A DNA stretch of 64,000 nt from the NCBI GenBank assembly GCA_977017645.1, contig OZ360257.1:14756001-14820000 (forward strand), written 5' to 3'. Positions 63,711 through 64,000 of the stretch are shown one piece after another. The notes beneath the pieces were generated by a model. That model ran no database searches. It saw only the letters and a list, made by a program, of their open reading frames with translations, and had not been told where the DNA came from. This DNA comes from Torpedo marmorata (Eukaryota). The number at the start of each line of letters is the position of its first letter. Position 1 is the first letter of the stretch. A program made the position numbers and the translations under genes.

Positions 63711-64000
63711 CTTTGTTTCTCTTTTCAAGATTCCTTCATTGTCAGGTAAGAGCAAGAAATTGCCTTCTGACTATCTTAAGGTAGACAAGGAGTTCCCATT
63801 AGCGTCGCCTGGCGCCCCGTACATTAAGAGAAAAAGCCAAGCAAAAGAGAACCCTTTCATAGTCGCTGCGTTACCGTGAATCCGCCTCCAGCGCTTCCGC
63901 AGCCTCCGCAGCCGCACAGACTCCTGTTGGATTCATAAGCAAGCCGAGCTCCAGATCCAATCATCCGACACGATAAGGCAGCGGTCAGCGCCCGAGTCCT

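Overview
Vertebrate genomic DNA, most likely from a cartilaginous fish (shark/ray); this is inferred from V-SINE/HE1-type SINEs, abundant CR1 and Rex1/Babar LINE fragments, and the receptor type. Positions 1 to ~59,400 are a head-to-tail array of five units about 12-13 kb apart, and the array probably continues upstream of the window. Each unit has two class A GPCR loci of the GPR139/GPR142-like type on the + strand. Gene A has a TATA box, a ~61-nt first coding exon missed by the ORF track, a phase-1 intron and a 914-nt second exon; copies A1, A2, A4 and A5 are intact and A3 has a 2-nt frameshift. Paralog B is older and strongly diverged, and was already dead before amplification (shared stops, a SINE in TM7, a composite MITE in its 5' UTR). 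The units are mosaics with unit-specific microhomology deletions. Receptor differences cluster in ECL1/top of TM3 and ECL3, and A5 has a divergent 3' end where the array stops. The last ~4.5 kb hold a 5'-truncated decayed L1 and a Rex1/Babar 3' fragment. All calls come from manual reading and translation; no searches or alignments were run, and TE boundaries are approximate.
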